54,870 bases of DNA, taken from positions 178,600,734 through 178,655,603 of the forward strand of contig NC_068982.1 of assembly GCF_001194135.2 (NCBI RefSeq). The letters are read 5' to 3'. Shown here in pieces: positions 50,401 to 54,870 of the stretch (positions within the stretch are counted from its first letter, which is position 1; each line of letters starts with the position of its first letter). The stretch comes from Octopus bimaculoides. Its lineage: Eukaryota. Both the position numbers and the translations under genes were made by a program. The notes under the pieces were generated by a model. The model had not been told where the DNA came from, did not search any database, and was given only the letters and a program-made list of their open reading frames with translations.

Positions 50401-50524
50401 TCACTGACTCATTGACTGACTGACTAACTGACTGACTCACTGACTGACTGACTGACTCACTGACTCACTGACTCACTCACTGACTCACTGACTCACTCAC
50501 TGACTCACTCACTGACTCACTGAC
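50401..50524. repeat. Compound (TGAC)/(TCAC) tetranucleotide satellite
   Basis: Directly visible; contains nine TGACTCA heptamers. Confidence 0.92.
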
Positions 50525-50540
50525 ACATATGCATCATAAT

Positions 50541-50610
50541 GAACCGGCAGATTTCTTAGTGTTGGATACAATGTTTCACGTTATTTGTTGTAACTTATGC
50601 ACCCTGAGTT
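50541..50610 (+). mobile_element. Diverged SINE family A head
   Basis: GAACCGGCAGATTTCTTAG...CTGAGTTCAAATCTCCG (A- and B-box remnants). Confidence 0.5.
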
Positions 50611-51530
50611 CAAATCTCCGTTACCGAAAATGCAGTGATACTTGAACCAGGCTTGCAACCTTTCGATAGAATTAGCAACTTGAAAAACCAATGGAAACAT
50701 ACTTCCCTTGATTCGATCGGAAGATCGACTGCCGCACAGACGCCCGCGCACACAAACAGAGTATTTACTTTAAATATTTATTATGCATAACCTTTACTTG
50801 AAAACTTTCATTATATTATGAAAACTAATAGTGTAGATTCCTTTATTAAGTTATATAATTTTCGTATTTGAAAATATGTTCGTGTTAAGACAGTTAACAC
50901 CAGGAAAACTATATAACATTTATGAGTTTCATAATTATGAAAAAAAGATGTTAATATTTCATACAAAGCAACTGAATTTCTTTGAGGCAAATATGTATTA
51001 AATGCAAACAATGTTACGTGTGACATTCAGGATTTCATGAACGATATAATTCAAACAAAGAAATCAAAATAATGAAGACATTGAATAAAGTCAAAGTAAA
51101 ATTGATAGAGAAAAATCTGTTGTCTAGAAATAAGATATTTTATTGAAATTGCAATGCAACCAAAATCGTTTTGCTGAATATAAAATGTAATTTCAGATGT
51201 ACAGGTTACGGTTGCTTGATGTATTATATTTACCTTTTTTCAAACGTTGACATGGACACATACACTCATATATGATATAAAAGTATACATACATACGTAT
51301 AAATGTATATATGTACATATATATATATATGTATATATATATATGTATGCATGTATGAATGTATACATACACCATCACTCACAACAACATATATGCATAC
51401 ATGATAACTACAAATACAGCATTTGTATGATAGATATGTATACAAGAATGACGTGCAATATGTTTAGTAGGCAAGTATTTAGACCCACTGTAAAACAAAT
51501 ATCCTGTGGAGAATCGACAGGATGTTTACC

Positions 51531-51590
51531 AGAAGTGTGAGGATCTTCCGACGAGTTTCGTCTTGTTTACGACTTGCCAGGGATCACCTG
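51531..51590 (-). ncRNA. Degenerate type-I hammerhead ribozyme motif
   Basis: Minus strand: GTGATCC-CTGGCAA-GTC-GTAAACAA-GAC-GAAA-C-TC-G-T-C|GGA-AGATCC-TCAC. Stems I, II and III all pair, GAAA and the GUC triplet are present, and the core has two transitions relative to CUGANGA. Confidence 0.55.
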
Positions 51591-52379
51591 TCTTATTTCT
51601 CAACTACCGAAGAAATTTAAATAATTTGTACAACATAATCCAATTCCTTGCGTCATATAAGGAATGCATTTAAATTTGTAAGCATACACACACAAAGTTG
51701 TACCACTTAACAGACATATACAAAAATATAATATCTAAGTAGTTGAACACACAACGTGTAAATTGACATCTGTATCATCCGTTTCAGTCCCACTTCGGAC
51801 GGCTCATCAGGTATCATGCCTATTCTTTGTTTCCCCTTTTGAAAAATCATAGAACTATTTTAACAGAGAACGTGCATGATTTAGCAAAATTATAATGTTT
51901 ATACATACATACATCCATCGATGCACAAGCACATATATGCATCGATGCACACACACATACATGCACATACATATATATGTGTGTATATATATATATATAT
52001 ATANNNNNNNNNNNNNNNNNNNNNNNNNNNNNNNNNNNNNNNNNNNNNNNNNNNNNNNNNNNNNNNNNNNNNNNNNNNNNNNNNNNNNNNNNNNNNNNNN
52101 NNNNNNNNNNNNNNAGACTGGAAAATTCTAAAAGCTGAAAGAAATATTAAAAACTCTCTTAGTCTCAAAGAATAAGTTATTTTAAAATAATAAAACTTTA
52201 AAAAGTGCACTGACATAAATTATATTTTTAAAGTAAATGGATATCCATCGATTGTATGAGTGTTCACGTTTATCGAGAAACTTTCTATATATTAATCTCT
52301 TTCCTATGTTTGTTCTTGGTGACCGTGGACGAGTGTTCTAGTTGTCCGCCCTACTGGAGAAGCGTTGTCTGTGGAGCCG

Positions 52380-52802
52380 ATGTATTCCAGTGTAGAGTGC
52401 TGCCCCCTTCATGTGATCGATGGATCGAAAGGAATAGCATGCCCGTTACAATTTGGTATGAGCATCACCGCAGGAGCTGCCCAAACGAAGCTGCAGACAA
52501 CACCAAACTGTGACAGGGGCTCCAATTCCTGACCTTACCTCAGGACTTACTCCCAAAGCCATTACCACAGTTCTGTATGGCTGCAAGGTAGCAGAGGTTT
52601 GGAATCAGTGTTTTCTTTCTCTAAGATGGGTTTTCTCCGGCACGTTGACGACCTCCAATTGTTCGACTGACTTACTCATTAACTCATAGCTAAGACGCTG
52701 ACAGAGTCGACCTGGGAATAACAGTGGCACCACACTCATCAAAACCTGGAACACGTGAACCAGAGTGCCACTACTGGATGCAGTTTGATTTCATACCCAG
52801 AA
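52380..52802 (-). mobile_element. RTE-type LINE 5' UTR / derived repeat
   Basis: Minus strand AACCCATCTTAGAGAAAGAAAACACTGATTCCAAACCTCTGCTACCTTGCAGCCATAC..GGCTTTGGGAGTAAGTCCTGAG resembles RTE 5' regions as remembered; GC-richer than the flanks. Confidence 0.5.
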
Positions 52803-52965
52803 CATATTAAATTTTAGCGTCAAATGTCAGAAGATTGCAACTGATAAGACTAATTTAACTATGGGTTACAAAATCGATCCATTCTTTTTCAGATCAATGT
52901 AATATTTCGTTTCATGAAACACATTTGATACTAGCATTGCAAATATTAATATTAGGAATAATAAC

Positions 52966-53190
52966 AAGGCAGCGAGCAGGCATGAGGATCGTTAGCACAC
53001 TGGACAAAATTTGTAGCGGCATTTCTCATTACGTTTCTCCTTACGTTCTGAGCTCAAATTCTGGAGAGGTCGACTTTGTCTTTTATTCTTTCGGAGTCGA
53101 TAAAATAAGTTACAGCTGATAACTGAGGTTGATGTCGACTCCCCACTACTAAAAGATTTCTAGCCCTGTGCCAAAATTTGAAGGCGATAT
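52966..53190 (+). mobile_element. Full-length diverged SINE family A
   Basis: AAGGCAGCGAGCAGGC..GTTAGCACAC..TTACGTTCTGAGCTCAAATT..GAGGTCGACTTTGTCTTT..GCCAAAATTTGAAG. Confidence 0.8.
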
Positions 53191-54156
53191 CAGGAATAAT
53201 AACAGTAATACGACTGTGATAAAAAATAGACCTCACTATTACAAAGCAACCACATATAGTTTCTAGTAAAAGGATGTGTGTCTTGGTATAAGTGAATATA
53301 ACTTTAAACCCTTTTGATGAACTGTTCTAGAAGACAGCAAATGCAAACACAATTTCTACACAGCCATTGCTTGAGTGGAATATACTTTTAATGTAACTGA
53401 ATAGATAAGTTTATTCAGTAAAAGTTTGGATTAGAGGTATTATTCTGTGCAGCCATATTCCTAGGGGAAAAACCTATTTAATCTGGAATTGTCTATTACA
53501 ATGTTGAACCAATAATATTGATTTAAGTTATGTTCAAGATGCGATATATTCGTTATATAAAAGTGCCTTTCACTCATGACAACAATCTAATTGCTATTTC
53601 GTGTTGTGCGAAGACATTACATTAACTTTGATATATTTACTAAGTTGAATATCCGGTCAATCGTCACTTTTAGGTGACCGAAACAGTTCCTTATTGTCTG
53701 GCATAATTGTAGAGATGGAATTTGATTCAACCAATGAATCCGTCGATTTCTTGATTGATCAGGCATGAATTGTCATCGATAATTTCAAATATTAGAATAT
53801 TAAAGTCTCTTGATATTGATCTACATTCTCCTCTCTGCTCAGATATAGTGATGGCAAATAAAAGAAGTCTTTTAATGTAAATCTCCTTAAACTATTTCAT
53901 GCATTTGAGGCTTTTGAAGAAATGGAAATATGTCGCTTATATGTGTTGAGCAAACAATGGCCTCTGGTGTTCTACCACATCTAAATGCAATCACCTGAAG
54001 TACTTTGTTATTCAACTAGTTAATCCTCTGCATTGCTACTTTATGTCATTTGTTTGAAACTTCAATGGAATTTATCTGAACATTCTTAAGAAATTTGTTA
54101 TAGAATTTCATGACTGTTTGGAAACAACGTAAATAGAATAGAAGAATCTCTATACA

Positions 54157-54238
54157 TACATACATACATACATACATACATAACTTCATAGTAGGTGCAT
54201 ACACACAACCGTATATACATATACATACATATACATAT

Positions 54239-54295
<57 letters not shown>

Positions 54296-54475
54296 CATAC
54301 ACATATATATATATATTTATATATATATATTTATGTATATTTATATATATATTTGTGTGTATGCGTGTGTGTGTTTACCTATATATATGTATTATAAATA
54401 TATGTATATATATGTATACCTGCATGTACATACGCACGCGCGCATGTGTGTGTGTGAGTGTGTGTGTGTGTGCCG
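54157..54475. repeat. Compound (TACA)n/(CA)n/(TA)n/(TG)n microsatellite
   Basis: Directly visible. Confidence 0.9.
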
Positions 54476-54870
54476 ACGTGTGTTTGTGAGCTTGCCATCC
54501 TGAAATAATCATAACACTTTATTAATAAGTAGAGGGTACTTGCTATTAAACTGTTATTGATGTTTCCATGTTACTCCTCTGTTGTTTGCCGTAATAACGT
54601 GGAGATTTAACCTTTGTCATACGACATCACTCTCGAAGAGGAATGTGATCCACAAAAAGAAACAAAAACAATGATTTCACGTCATGTTGCTACCTTTGAT
54701 ACTCTGCTAGGGATTATTCTGCATCTGTTTGTATTATCCTGCATCGGTATAAATTATATCATTGTACACTTTCATCTCTATTTCTCAATATAATAAAACT
54801 GTCCCATAAAGCAAATTGAAATGTGGTAGATGCAACATAAGGGATGGGATTTATATATATATATATATAT

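Overview
AT-rich, microsatellite-saturated eukaryotic genomic DNA with many N-gaps. The SINE families and compound CA/TA/ATCT repeats point to an octopus (coleoid cephalopod) draft assembly; this is an inference from remembered repeat consensus sequences, not a database result. No intact host gene is supportable. The window reads as intronic or intergenic sequence made of decayed transposons. These include a Penelope-like RT fragment (9.3-10.0 kb), a HERO/NeSL-type RLE non-LTR element split into a 3' part (22.3-23.8 kb) and a 5' part (25.5-26.2 kb), an RTE-clade LINE relic (19.6-21.4 kb), a CR1/L2-group relic (30-32.3 kb), three mariner relics and many tRNA-derived SINEs. Three unrelated 320-470 bp fold-back hairpins each sit next to (TA)n. 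A degenerate but structurally complete type-I hammerhead ribozyme lies on the minus strand at 51.53-51.59 kb, with further hammerhead-core-like motifs in Penelope-type tails. A microsatellite carries nine AP-1 motifs, and there are a few weak exon candidates. Most ORFs in the supplied track are artefacts of N-gaps or microsatellites.
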